Of a DNA stretch of 64,000 nucleotides, positions 26,673 to 39,513 are shown piece after piece (position 1 is the first letter of the stretch; every line of letters starts with the position of its first letter). Location: the NCBI RefSeq assembly GCF_964194155.1, contig NC_135885.1, forward strand, positions 131,502,001-131,566,000, written 5' to 3'. Made by a program: the position numbers and the translations under genes. The notes below the pieces were generated by a model. That model ran no database searches, was not told the DNA's origin, and saw only the letters and a program-made list of their open reading frames with translations. The stretch is from Cetorhinus maximus. Lineage: Eukaryota.

Positions 26673-28599
26673 AAAGCCCAACTTGCATGTGTTAACCCTT
26701 ACACTATGAAACGACTCTACCTCCTACATTCTGGTTAGGTGATTTGCATTTTGGAGCCTTGAGTGTATTTTTTTGGGAACTTGACTCTCAGTGTGAAGTA
26801 TTACCCAACAGATGGCAAGACAGAAAACTGGGCATGTTCACCTCTGTGCCCGTTTTGTACTCCTGCCGAGGGAGACTCCGGACTGGCAGCAGTACCTACA
26901 AAAATTATACCACTTGGTGTCAGTGTCAAGTCTTCCCAAAGCAGATGCAATGCAGTTAGATGTGGCCTAAATCTCCCACTGCTTTATCCCAACAATGTGC
27001 CTCACACTCAGCATGACTGCTTTCAATTTTCCATACAGATAGTTTAGTGCCAACTTAATGCCAGTTAACGCTGTATTATCAACAGTTTAAGCATTTTGGG
27101 GAAATTATAAGAACTGGATTAAGAACTGCACAAAAAATCGCTTCATGTCGATGAAAGGTTAATGTTCCACTCACTGCATTATCCAGTCAAAGACATTTTT
27201 GGTGATACTTCTGAAGAGAGTCACCGGTATGCACCAGGCCAATGAAACCCATTCTTGGCAACGTAATAATATGATGAATAAAACATTTCATAGAGAATTA
27301 AGTATGAGCATATAAATAATATAATTAAAATGTAATCAAACTCAGGTAAGAGTCATGTTTTTAGTGATTTGTCATATTGACAAATGAGTCTTGCAAAATA
27401 AATTAAACAAAATACAGGATTGTACTCATTCATTTGCTGACAACGTTCACACCCATTTGAACGTTACATATGGGCAACTTGATGTTACTGAGGGAAATTG
27501 AGCTTGGTTGGCAAACTTTTAACCACAACACGGCCCTTTTAAAATTGGCAAATACATTCGGAAAATAACACCATGACAAACATAGAGACTCACAGAGACC
27601 AAGAAAGACGCAGAAGCCAAGGGTTTATTTTCAGCTACTGTCCTCTTGTTTCTCACTTTTAATGAAGTGGCTCTTCAGCCACTTCAATGATGCCCAAGGC
27701 CCACCTGTAATATCCTCGCCTGACATGCATGGGAAGCTGCTTATATTTGCAAATCGGGGTATAACGCACGTTATAAGGCTCCAATTGCAGTTTTGGGCAT
27801 TGAGCAGCCTTAGGAATCGTGCTTGAAAGGACTTCAGGATGCCGCTCAATAAGGGGGTTAGGAAGCTTTCAGCTTTTTTGTACTGGACCCAGGAAGAATG
27901 TGCCTGTTTGTTTTAAAGAAAAAAAACACTCGCCACTGATGGCCTATTTTAGGACCACCCCCCACCAGGTATTGCCTCCTTCCAAGGCCCAAGGCCCAAA
28001 CTGCTGGCTGGGCCAACATGGGAGTTGACTAATTTCCCACACTTCCAGAATTGGTAAACGACAGTGGGGGCATTAATGGGGCTCAGGCCTATTTTCGGCT
28101 CAAATGGAAGAAAGGAGAAGCTCTGCTGCTAACTTACACCCACACTGGGCTACATGAAAATAACCTCTCCTGTGTTCCAGAGATTCTGAACTCCAGCTGC
28201 ACCAATTGGCTTTGAGTATACTGTATGTGGAACTGGGTTGCATTCCATTCACAAAAATCTCTCTCTTTGTGTTTATTCCTCTTAAAATCACAGGTTCAGA
28301 AGTCTTTTTACTGACGCTCTACATTTTACCCAGTAGTTTAACAAATTATAGTATTACCTCCATGATTAGGCTCCATCTGCTGGATATATATGCAATTACA
28401 CATGGTTCCAATGTGGCTTTGACATTCAGTATAATCCATCAAATTTACAGATGTTAAAATATTTTTTTAAGTGTGAATTAAATTGATTTGATTAGTTTTA
28501 TTCAGAACTAATAGAAAGAACTATACTAGTTCTATTAGTACATCCTTTACGTCCCCATACAGTAAAATTGAAGCTAGGCTCTCAGTACAATTGAAAATA

Positions 28600-31590
28600 A
28601 AGGCTTGCATTTATATAGTGCCTTTCATGACAACCAGACATTTCAAAGTATTTTATCATTGAGCCATAGAACCATAGAAAAATTACAGCACAGAAAGAGG
28701 CCATTCAGCTTGTCATGTCTGCGCTGGCCAGAAAATAAAAAATAAAAAAATTAGCTGCCCATTTTAATCCCACCTTCCAGCACCTCGTCCATAGCCCTGC
28801 AGGTTACAGCACTTCAGGTGCAGATCCAGGTGCCTCTTAAATGAGTTGAGGGTTTCTGCCTCCACCACCAAACCAGGCAGCAAATTCCAAACACCCACCA
28901 CCCTCTGGGTGAAGAGATTTTTCCTCATGTCCCCTCTAATCCTTTTACCAATCACCTTAAATCTATGTCCCCGGTAATTGACCTCTCTGCTAGGGGAAAC
29001 TGGGCATCCCTGTCTACTCTATCCAGACCCCTCATTATCTTTTACACCTCAATCCGGCCTTCCTCAGCCTCCTCTGTTCTAAGGAAAGTAACCCCAGCCT
29101 ATCCAATATTTCCTCATAGCTACAATTTTCAAGCCCTGGCAACATTCATGTAAATCTCCTCTGTACTCTCTCCGGAGCAATTATGTCCTTCCTGTAATGT
29201 GGCGACCAGAACTGTTCACAAAATTCCAGCTCTGGCCTAACCAGTGTTTTATATGGTGCCATTATTACATCACTGCTTTTGTATTCTATACCTCATCCAA
29301 TAAAGGAAAGCATTCCACATGCTTTCTTTACCACCTTACCCACCTGTCCTGACACCTTCATGGACCTGTGGACATGCACTCCAATGTCTCTCACTTCCTC
29401 TGCCCCTCCCAATATCCTCCCATTTGTTGTGCATTCCCTTGCTTTGTTTGCCCTCCCCAAATGCATTACCTCACACTTCTCTGGATTGAATTCCATCTGC
29501 CACTTTTCTGCCCACTCAACCAAACCATCGATATCACTCTGAAGTCCATGGCTATCCTCTTCACTATCGACCACAAGGCCGATTTTTGTGTCATCTGCAA
29601 ATTTCCCAATCATACCAGCCACATTTAAGTCCAAATCATTAATATATATAACAAACAGCAAGGGACCCAACACTAAGCCCTGTGGAACACCACTGGAAAC
29701 AGTTTTCGATTTGCAAAAACATCTATCAATCACTATCCTTTGTTTCCTGTCACTGAGCCAATTTTGAATTCAATTCAAACGTTCCCCTGTATTCCATGGG
29801 CTTTTACTTTTCTGACCAGTTTGCTGTGTGGGACCTTGTCAAATGCCTTACCAAAGTCCATGTAGACAGCATCCATTACACTACCCTCATCAATCCTCCT
29901 TGTTAACGCCTCAAAAAATTCAATTAAATTAGCAAGGCATGATTCCCCTAACAAAACTATGCTGATTATGCATGATTAATCCATTCTAAGTGACAGTTTA
30001 TTGTGTCTCTCAGAATTGATTTTAATAATTTGCCCACCAGAGAAGTCAGACTAACCAGCCTATAATTATTTTGTCTATCCTTCGCACCCTTTTTAAATAA
30101 TGGTACAATGTTCGCAAACCTCCAATCTTCCAGTACCTCGCCTGTATCTAGTGAGGATTGGAGAATGATCCTCTGAGCATCCGTTATTTTACTCTCTGGC
30201 TTCCTTTAACAGCCTGGGATACAACACATCCGGTCGTGGTGACTTATCCACCTTCAAGGCTGCCAGTCTCTCCAGCACACCCCCTCTCACTATGTTTATT
30301 GTATCTGATATTTCACATTCCTCCTCTTTAACTAGAATATCTGCTTCATCCCTCTCCTGAGTGAAGACAGGGACAAAGTACTCATTGAGAACCCTGCCCA
30401 CATCTTCAGCATCAGAGCACAAGTTACCACGTACACCTCTGATCAGCCCTGCCCTTTCCTTTGTTATTCTTTTGCTCTTAATGTACTGATAAAACGTCTT
30501 TGGATTTTCTTTGATTTTACCTGCCAATATTTTTTTATATCCTCTCTTTGCTTTCCTAATTACTTTTTTTACTTCACCCCTGTACTTCCTATACTCCTCT
30601 AGGCTTGCTGCAGTATTAAGCTTTTTGTGACCATCATAAGCTTTCTTTTTCTGCTTTATCTTATCTTTTATGCTTCTATATAACCAGGGGGCTCTGGATT
30701 TGGCACTGCCGTCCTTTTCCTTTGTGGGGACATGTCTACACTGTGCCCGTAAAATCTCGCTTTTGAACGCCTCCCACTGGTCTGTCACTGATTTCCTTTC
30801 AAGTAGCTGTAACTTGAAAGATAACCTCTTAGCTTTGTAAAATTTGTCTTTCCCCAATTTAGAACTTCTATTCCTGTTCTATCTTTATCCTTTTCCATAA
30901 TTATATTAAATCCAACTGCATTATGGTCACTATCTCCAAAATAGTCACCCACTGCTACTTCATCCACTTGCCCAGCTTCACTTCCTAAGACTAAACCTAG
31001 GATTGCACTCCCTCTCATTGAGTTTGTGACGTGCTGGCTAAAAAAGTTCTCTTTAATGTAGTTTGAGAATATTGTGCCCCCTGTGCCTATTACACTGTTT
31101 GCATCCCAGTTGATATTAGGGTAGTTGAAGTCCCCAACTATTATTGCCCTGTGCTTTTTGCACTCAGAAATTTGTCTACATATTTGCCCGACATATTTGC
31201 AGTCAATTTAGTTATTTTGAAGTGTAGTCAGTTTTGCAGTGTAGGAAGCGCAGCAGCCAATTTGCACATAGCAAGCTCCATCAAACAGCAAAGTGATAAT
31301 GACCAGATAATTTGCTTTTGTGATGTTGGTTCAAGGATAAATATTGTGCCGAACACCGTATATAATCCCCCAGCTCTTCTTCAAAGTAGTGTCATGGGAT
31401 CTCTCATGTGTACCTACAGGGCAGACTGGCTCTTGGGGCTTGACATCTCATTCAAAAGATAACACCTCCAACAGTGCAGCACTTCCTCAGGATTGCATTG
31501 GAGTATGAGCATATATTTCTGGGGTAGGATTATGAACCCATGACCTTCTGAGTGAATGGCAAGAGTGGCTGCCAACTGAGTCACAGCTGA
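28600..31590 (-). mobile_element. DeuSINE-type SINE split by a CR1 (SINE parts ~28600-28655 and ~31200-31590)
   Basis: SINE tail cttgcatttatatagtgcctttcatga lies left of the CR1; its continuation ttttgaagtgtagtca...tgaacccatgaccttctgag lies right of it. Confidence 0.78.
28664..31190 (-). mobile_element. CR1 LINE, 2.5 kb of ORF2 (endonuclease end, linker, RT) plus 3' UTR
   Basis: GDFNYPNIN-W, FGDSDHNAV, KENPKTFYQYIK, SGVPQGLVLGPLLF and KFADDTK peptides; (CCATAGAA)n tail; same subfamily as 3457-4336. Confidence 0.95.
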
Positions 31591-32084
31591 CACTGTTGAA
31601 GTAAAGCAAACAAAGCACACCTATTAAAAATATTTCATCAATGGTAGCATATAGCAGCTAAAAGAATGAACATATTCTGATCACTTTGCTTGCACCTGCC
31701 ACCATAAATGTAGAGGTTTGAAGAATACCATGTGCAAATGAAAACCTGTATTTGACAGATTTTGAAAAGTTGCCAGCGTTTCACTTTGGCTTGTGGTTGT
31801 GTAAGCGATAGAAATGAATGGCCAATACCTGCTGAATTATCTTCCTTCTGCCAATGTGCTGATCTCAATCACTCCATTTTTTAAAAGAATTGTAGGCAGG
31901 GAGTCGAAGCATTTTTGATTGTGGTTTGGCAAAAATTGGGAGTACTTGAGGCACTTGGGCAGAGAGTGCTCAGCTGTATTGCCTTCGAGCACTGCCTTCT
32001 TCCTACCATGAGGACATCGGCGAACATCAGAAACAATATTCTGATTCTTCAGAAATGCCTTGCAATGGCAGATAACAGCAACTT

Positions 32085-32449
32085 TATTTTTCTTTCATGG
32101 GATATGAGTGTTGCTGGGAAAGCCAGCATTTGTTGCCCATCACCTAATTGCCTTTGAACTGAACATTTCCGAATTCAGTTAAGAGTCAACCACATTGCTG
32201 TGGGTCCTGAGTCACATGTAGGCCAGACCAGGTAAGGACAGCAGATTTCCCTCCTTAAAGGACATTAGTGAACCAGATGGGTTTTTACAACAATCAAGGA
32301 TAGTTTCATAGTCACCATTGCTGAGACTAGCTTTGTATTCCAGATGTATTAATTGATTTCAAATTCCACCAGCTGCTAAGTCCCCAGAGCATTAGTCTGG
32401 GCCTCTGGATCACTAGTTCAGTGACACTATCGCTGTGCCATCATCTCCC
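32085..32449 (-). mobile_element. tRNA-headed SINE sharing both ends with the single-ORF LINE
   Basis: Reverse complement of the 32924 copy; body matches the LINE 5' UTR (45370-45600) and tail matches the LINE 3' end (42171-42240). Confidence 0.85.
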
Positions 32450-32923
32450 GCTAAACTGACTACACTGCCAAGGTTAACTCATTTTTATTCCAGTTTAAAA
32501 CTCCTTTCCTGGAATCAATTGATTTCAAGATCCAAATCTGGTCAAGTGCGCCTATTCTGCTCCATTAATAGCTGGTCAATGTTTGTGATCAATGAAGTGA
32601 TTTCAAATCTCTTAATGACCTGGGTTGGTTTGAATGTACTTTTAGTTTCTTCAGGCATTTTAACAAAAAATGTAGGCCAATTAATAAATATTGGCTCACG
32701 TTATCAATGTGTTTGTTGGTCTCTAAGCTCCCATGCTAACAGTAGCAATTAGACTAATAATTAATATTATTCATTATCATTTTATAGCCAGTATTTTGTT
32801 TATTAAGATATTTATTTATTTATTTATGTGCTCCAGGTTACCTAAAGCAGACTCAACCTGCTCTCAGTCTTCCAACAAACTTACTATGTCAAAACTCCTC
32901 AGTCAAAAATTGCTATTACACTT

Positions 32924-33285
32924 GGGGTGATGGTATCATAGTGGTAATATCACTGAGCTAGTAACCCAGAGACCCAGCTAAATACTCTGAGGACATGGAT
33001 TTAAATCCTACCATGGCAGCTAGTGGACTTTGAACTCAATTAAGAAGTATGGCAACCATCACTGATTGTTGTAAGAACCCATTTGGTTCGCTGATATTGT
33101 TTAGGGAAGGAAATCTGCCTTCCTTACCTGGTCTGGCTCCATGTTATTCCAGGCCCACAGCAATATGGTTGGCTCTTAACTGCCTGCTGAAATGATCTTG
33201 CAAACTACTCAGTTCAAGGGCAATTAGGGATTGGCAACAAAGGTTGGCCTTGCCAGTGATGCCCACATCCCATGAAAGAATAGAT
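32924..33285 (+). mobile_element. tRNA-headed SINE sharing both ends with the single-ORF LINE
   Basis: A-box-like tggtatcatagtgg and B-box-like ggatttaaatcc; body matches 46610-46905; tail caagggcaattaggg...cccacatcccatgaaagaata matches 49780-49850. Confidence 0.87.
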
Positions 33286-33590
33286 TTTTTAAAAAGTATT
33301 ATCATGGAGTATGAGGAAAATCTTAACTACCACTTCTCGATGACAAGCAACCTGTGCTGAACCCCTTCCTTTGTGCACTCTACTTATATATCCAGTGGAA
33401 AATGTGAGGAGATAATGGATTTCATTTGTCTTAAAGATTGAGATTAACTACTTTACTACTTTATCATCCTCTTCCACTGCCCAACCCCCCCTTCAGCTTC
33501 CTCTTATTTAAACTCCAACCTCAAATCATTCTGTAGCTGATCTTCCATCATTTCCCAGCCATCATCAGGTTCAGTTCCTCCATGATACTT

Positions 33591-34381
33591 GGGACTGAAT
33601 TTCTGTTTGGGTGTGATGGCATGTTTCGGTGTGCAAATAGCCACACTTCAGATTTCCTCAAAAAGAATTATGAATGCTTGGCTGGGTTTCAAAAGCTTCA
33701 GCTCAGCAGGCGGTCTTATTGATCTAGGAGCTATTGAAACTTTTGCCCAATCTATAATAACAGAATATATCTTCGATGTGGTTTCTTGTTTGTTTATAAA
33801 CCTAATTGGCACTTAACTGATTACAACATTTTCCCACGGAGTTTTTTGGTCCAGTGTCAATGATAATAAGCTTTAATTCAATGTTTCCTTAGATTGTTAG
33901 AGGTTTAACCTGTCTTTTCCAATGATTTTAAAATAATTCCCATTGCTATTGCATGGCTTCTGAGAATTGTACATAGTACATATTGAGTGAGTGGTTATGG
34001 AGGATACATGGGGCATGGAGGAATGTGGCATGGGGGCATGACAGTGGCATGGTTTGACATGGGGGCATAGAGGTGGCATTTCATGGCATGGGTACGTGAG
34101 GTGGCATTGTATTACATAGGGGTTTGGGGGGGGATGAGGTTTAGGGAGCCTTTAAATAATGTTAAGAGCTGGGCTGCTGTGTTGGAGAACCTACTAACCA
34201 GCTTGCCTCTGCACCCGCACTCCAAATGCACTTCATCGCGGTTCACAAATCACTGCAAACCCGCCGCTTGTGCGAAAAGAGAAAAATCCCTCGTAAAGTC
34301 ACACGTGGGTCGGGTATGCATTTTGCGAACCATGAAACTGTGCAGGTTGTTTTTTCCTGAGCCCAGATGAAAATTCGGCCC
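33591..34381. mobile_element. Older Harbinger-type MITE (~790 bp)
   Basis: GGGACTGAATTT / AAATTCGGCCC TIRs; TT(G/A)-like flanks. Confidence 0.65.
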
Positions 34382-34659
34382 TTAGCTTCTGCATCCTTGT
34401 CCTGCATCTGACCCAACTTTTGACTCTACAATTACATTTTCTTGCATCACTGCCCCCTGCTGGTGTTGAGAGTTATCGGGCTGGATTTTTATCCTCAAAG
34501 CAATTAATGGGAGTTGGAAAATGTTTCTAACTTCCTGCGCCCACCTCAGGAGAAAGTGCCTGCAGAGGTGGGAATTTTGTTCCAGTGGGTGGGTGGGATG
34601 GAGGGAAGGGGGGGATGGTGGGGGTGGTATTGGGTGCTAACTGGAGTCAGACCTGCTAT

Positions 34660-34940
34660 CCCTCTGAAATGGCCAGCAAATCACTAGCTGTATAGCAATG
34701 GGCCATAAATGTTGGCCTTGCCAGCGGTGTCCACATCCTGTGAAAGAATCAAAAGAAAAGTTTACATTCCCTAAAGGGCATTCATGAACCTGTTGCATTT
34801 TTATGGCAATCCAACAGCCTCATGGTCACTTTTCCTGATATCACTTTTTCTTTTATCTCCAGAATATTTTTAAACCTGAATTCAAATTCTCAAATTGCCA
34901 TGCTGGGATTTGTGTTATGTTACTGGACTAGTACTTCAGA
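34660..34940. mobile_element. Two fragments (+ tail, then - body) of the tRNA-headed SINE family
   Basis: ccctctgaaatggcc...ccacatcctgtgaaagaat followed by ttccctaaagggcattcatgaacc...ttactggactagt. Confidence 0.65.
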
Positions 34941-35314
34941 GTCCTAATTGCAGTCAGAAGCATCAAAGCAGCATTAACCAACACCAAATGGAAAAGTCAT
35001 AATTACCAATGCACCAGGGAAAGATTTTGTCTTAACAGCAATATAAAACGAGTTGGAAAGGTTTCTCTGATTGATTGTTTGAGCCAAACCATAAACATGT
35101 TCTCTTAAAAAGCTTTGTACAGTTTTGCTAGAACTGGAGAGGGTAGAAAGTTTTCCTGCTACATATACAATGTTGGTAGCACAATGCAACCAGGAGAATT
35201 GTATTCCCAAGTTAAACACTGAATCTCCATGTTCAATTCCACCTTGTTAGAACCAGTTGCACTGATACTGTGCTGCCTGCTTGCAGTTTACATAAACACT
35301 TATAAAACAAAGGT

Positions 35315-35800
35315 TTTTTTTTATACTTGTTCATGGGCATCACGGGCAAGGTCATCAATCATTACTCATCCCTAATTGCCCTTGAGAAGAAGGTGGTGGG
35401 CCACCTTCTTTAACCGTTGCAACTTGTGTGATTTACTGTTAGATAGGGAATTCCAAGATTTTGACCCAATGACAGTGAAGGGATGGCAATATAGTTCCAA
35501 GTCAGGATGGTCTGTAACTTATAGGGCAACTTGCAGGTGGTGTGTTGCCATGGAAATGCTGCACTTGTTTTTTTCTGGGTGGTAGAGGCTGTGGGTTTGG
35601 AAGGTCCTGTCAAAGAGACCTTGGCAAGATGTGTGCAGTCTGTCTTGTAGATGCATCTATGCTACAGCCAATGTGTGCCGGTGGTGGAGGGATTGAATAT
35701 TTAAGGTGATTGCTGGGATGCTAATCAAGTGGACTGCTTTGACCTGGAATGTGTCAACCTTCTTGAGTGTTGTTGGAGCTGTACTCATCCAGGCATGTGG
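35315..35800 (-). mobile_element. 3' fragment of the single-ORF LINE family
   Basis: Colinear with 42171-42640. Confidence 0.85.
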
Positions 35801-36967
35801 AATATATCATTTCAATTTTACTAACTTAAATAACGTTAGTGTTGAGAAGATATCTTTGGTTGAGTTCAATTCTTATTTTTTCCAAATAGTGGGACTGACT
35901 ATTATCAAAAATACTGGGACTCTTGTGTTAATTGTAAGTCATCCCCTATTCATTTAGTTTATTTTGGATAGCTGTTTAGTATTTTTAAACTTTCCTTTAG
36001 ACCTTTCTGGGTTCAGTGGCCAGCTGAGAGAACAAGGACTGTGTCGTACACTTCAGCATTCTGCAACTGATCATCTGGTGATGGTGTATTGCTGAGACAC
36101 ATTTTGACAGACCTTCTATCCCACCTGCGAAGATATTTTGTCCTGAGCTATCGTACCATGGCATGATAATGATCAGCAATGTAATATGTGGGCAATCACC
36201 TCGCAGCACAGTGTGTTGTGAGCACTAGCGCTCTCTACTGCCGTTTGTGCTTTCAATATTTTGCTTAAATTTGGAGTTTTTGCTGCCAAATTCCATATGT
36301 TAATAAGCACAATCTACAGGAAAGCTTATTTAATTATTAGAACCATAATTTTCCCTCTCTGTAGACCCCACAGTTTCCTCTTTACAACCACATTGCAAAA
36401 GCAGATGCAGAGCTAGGGGGTTAGTGAGTAGGTTGGGGAGACATCTACCACTCTCACAGCTCTAAGGGATTTTCGGGTTATTAAAAATTAGGAACTGGTT
36501 AGTCCTTGTTGTAACCGTTGGCTAAGTGATTACTCACATGAGATAGATTCAAAGCATATTGCCAAAGTTTACAAGTAAGTGCCTTTAAGCTATTTCCGGA
36601 ACCGTGCAGAGAAGGAAATGGTACGGTCTCAAGTGTATTTGCATATTGGAATTGGGGAAAAAGAAGCTGAAACTCTTTCACTAAAGCTTAACCACTTACT
36701 TAGCAAGAATATTAGAAGATTGATTAAGAGGAAAAATGAACTAGGGCAATCAAGCATTTACACTCGCTTGCTGATAGCTCCTAATTATTGCCAGCAAATT
36801 TGCTTTAATCTAAATCTAACGATTAATAGAAAAACAAAATTGATACATTAATAGTTCCTGTTTTGTTATGTATCTAAAGAAATCAGGTTAAACTGTTTGT
36901 AGTGTTATGTATATTATTTTCTGTAATTTTCTCTCATCAGCCAATCCCTCTGGTCACTGATGAAGCT

Positions 36968-38090
36968 GGATGCGGTAGCACAGTGGTTACATTATTGGAC
37001 TAGTAATCTAGAGGCTTAGTCTAATTATGAAGTGATATGAATTCAAATCCCACAGCAGCTGCTGGGGAGTTTAAATTCAGTTAATTAAATAAATCTGGAA
37101 TAAAAAGCTAGCATCAGTAATTATCATGATTATACTGGCCATTCTCAGCTTTGGTGGCCATGAAACTGCCAATTTGCTGTAAAAGCCCATTGAGTGCACT
37201 CACACCCTTTTGGGAAGGAAATCTGCTGTCTTAATCAAGTCTGGCTTATAGGAGCATAAGAACAGGTGTAGGCCATTTAGTCACTCAAACCTGTTTTGAC
37301 ATTCAGTGACCTGCCGCCTAACTCTATGTACCTGCCTTTGCCTAACACAGTTGATTAAAAATATGTCAATCTCAATTGATCAATGTCAATTGCCATTTCT
37401 GGAAGAGAGTTCCAAAGTTCCAGCACCCTTTGTGTTTCCTGATTTCACCCATGAGTCTAGATATCGTTCCAGTAAATCAACACGACACTCGCTAAGGCCC
37501 TTCCTAAGGGGTGGTGCCCAGAACTGTTCAGCTGTGGTCTAACCAAGGCTTACATGTGACTCCAGAATGTGGTTGACTCTTAGTCAGCAAGCCACTCAGT
37601 CATATCTAACCGCCACAAAAATCTACAGCAAGAATAAAACCAGACAAACTTATGCATTGATCTTGGCACCGGGCATGACAAAGGCAGACCCAGCCCAGTT
37701 AACCTGAACCTCTCTAACCTCTCTAACATCGGGGTCTAATGTAAAAATTGGAAGGACTGCCCACAGGCTAATCCAGCAAGAGCATGACCTAGTCATATTC
37801 TCAGAAACATTCCTTTCAGACAATGCTCCACACGTGACCATTCCTTGTGTTGTTGAGAGGTGGTGACACCGAGTCCCACACCATCCTGAATTGGAAAGAG
37901 ATTGCTGTTCTTTCATCAATGCTGGGTCAAAATTCTGAAACTTCTTAGCTAACTGCAGCTTGAGAGTAATACACCATACAGACTGCAGGGATTCAAGAAC
38001 GCATCTCTGCAGCTTCTGCTCAAAGGTAATTAGGGATGCACAATAACTATTGACCTTGTGAGTGTTCCCAAGTTCCATGAATGAATTTAA
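36968..38090 (+). mobile_element. Internally deleted derivative of the single-ORF LINE (tRNA head, 5' UTR and ORF start fused to the 3' end), interrupted by a CR1
   Basis: Head ggtagcacagtggtt...ttcaaatccc; 37550-37845 matches 46830-47160; 37875-38085 matches the LINE 3' end. Confidence 0.78.
37249..37546 (-). mobile_element. Deleted CR1 3' fragment
   Basis: CR1 tail cataagaacaggtgtaggccatt; TSD GGCTTA (37243-37248 and 37547-37552). Confidence 0.7.
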
Positions 38091-38244
38091 AAAATGACCA
38101 TACTGAGCTTTGTTTCCATTGATGACAGTGATGGTCTTTATATAATGATATATTGCATGATGCCTGAGTGAATAATGTTGATTCTTGAAATATGGGTCTT
38201 GCACAAGTCAAATGTAAAAATGCAAGGGCTAAGACCAGCTATTA

Positions 38245-38580
38245 CTTATTCCTTCATGGGATGAGTGTCACTGGCAAGGGCTGCATTTGTTGTTCATCCC
38301 TAATTGCCCTTGAGCAGGTTGGGTGAGCCACCCTCTTGAACTGCTGCAGTCCATCTGGTGTAGGTATGCCCACAGGACTGTTAGAAAGGAGTTCCATGAT
38401 TTTGACCCAAGAACAGTGAAGGAACAACGATAAAGTTCCAAGTCTGGATGGCATGTGGCTTGGCAGAAAACATGCAGGTGGTGGTGGTGTGGCCATGCTT
38501 CTGCTGCCCTTGTCTTTTTAGGTGGTAAAAGTTGCTGATTTGGAAGGCGCTGTTGCAGGAGCCGTGGCAAGTTGATGTAG
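38245..38580 (-). mobile_element. 3' fragment of the single-ORF LINE family
   Basis: Colinear with 42171-42480. Confidence 0.85.
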
Positions 38581-38874
38581 TGCTTATTTAATGTGGCACA
38601 CACTGCCAAGAGACCCATTTGATCAGTTCTTTTCATCTCCATGCCTTAGTGGGTTCAGAAGTAGACACTATAAAACACTTTTTATCCTCAAATCTGAACA
38701 GCAAGTATGGAACAATTCAACTGTGGGTACTGACTACAACTGAACTCAGTGTTATCCTTGCCTGGACACTGCGCACACACACTCAGTTGCATTGGGAATT
38801 CCTGGTTGACTAGGGGAATTTAAACTCTTGATTTTTCTTCTCCCTTGTTTGAGGGCAGTGACACCGGTCAGATT

Positions 38875-39195
38875 ATGTTAGGCTGATCGTTATGATGCTG
38901 GACCAGCAATCCAGAGATTTTGCATTCGACTGTTACCATGGGAAAATGCAAAACTGAGCTCAATAATTCTAATCTGTGATAACCTGTGGACCACTAATAG
39001 AGAAATGTCCATGAGAGTTGTCGGCTTGTTCACCGACAAACTTCAGGGAATGAAACCTATTTCTCCCTACATAGTCTGGCCACCAAGTAGTTTTAGTCCC
39101 ACACGACATAACTGACTCAAAACCCCCTCAGGGCATCTAGAGATTGGTAATAAAGGCCCCCTTGCCAGTGTTGTCCATTTCTGGAGGATAAAATA
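38875..39195 (+). mobile_element. Highly diverged copy of the tRNA-headed SINE
   Basis: gctggaccagcaatccagaga...ttcagggaatgaaacc...tctggcc...gggcatctagagattggtaataaagg...ttgccagtg. Confidence 0.55.
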
Positions 39196-39349
39196 TTATC
39201 AGCATCACCTAAACTGAGATTAGATAATTCAGGAGAGAACCTTGAATGTTTAACAAAAACATCTTTGTTTGGGTATCGATTCTTTTGATATTAATAATTA
39301 TTATGACATTAATTTTGATGAGAATTTTAGTGTCATTAGCTTTTAATTA

Positions 39350-39513
39350 TTGCATTTGTCAGGCTATAAAATCCACCAGATCATAACGCGTACCAGGATT
39401 TTAAAAGGAAATTTTTAGGAAATATTTGGACATAACCTTTAGACCATAAGATGTGCGCCAATTTTAGGCAACTTTTTTCTGGAAAAAAAAGTCTTATGGT
39501 TGGGCAAATACGG
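39350..39513. mobile_element. Possible Tc1/mariner (pogo/Tc2-like) MITE
   Basis: Right end cttatggttgggcaaatacgg|ta (reverse complement CCGTATTT-type TIR); degenerate left end ta|ttgcatttgtcaggctataa. Confidence 0.4.

Noticed and set aside
32924-33015. tRNA gene
   Set aside because: A/B boxes only; it continues into a SINE body and I could not build a cloverleaf. The same applies to the other heads.
37650-38204. 184-aa minus-strand ORF
   Set aside because: Mostly antisense to LINE-derived sequence; a chance open frame.
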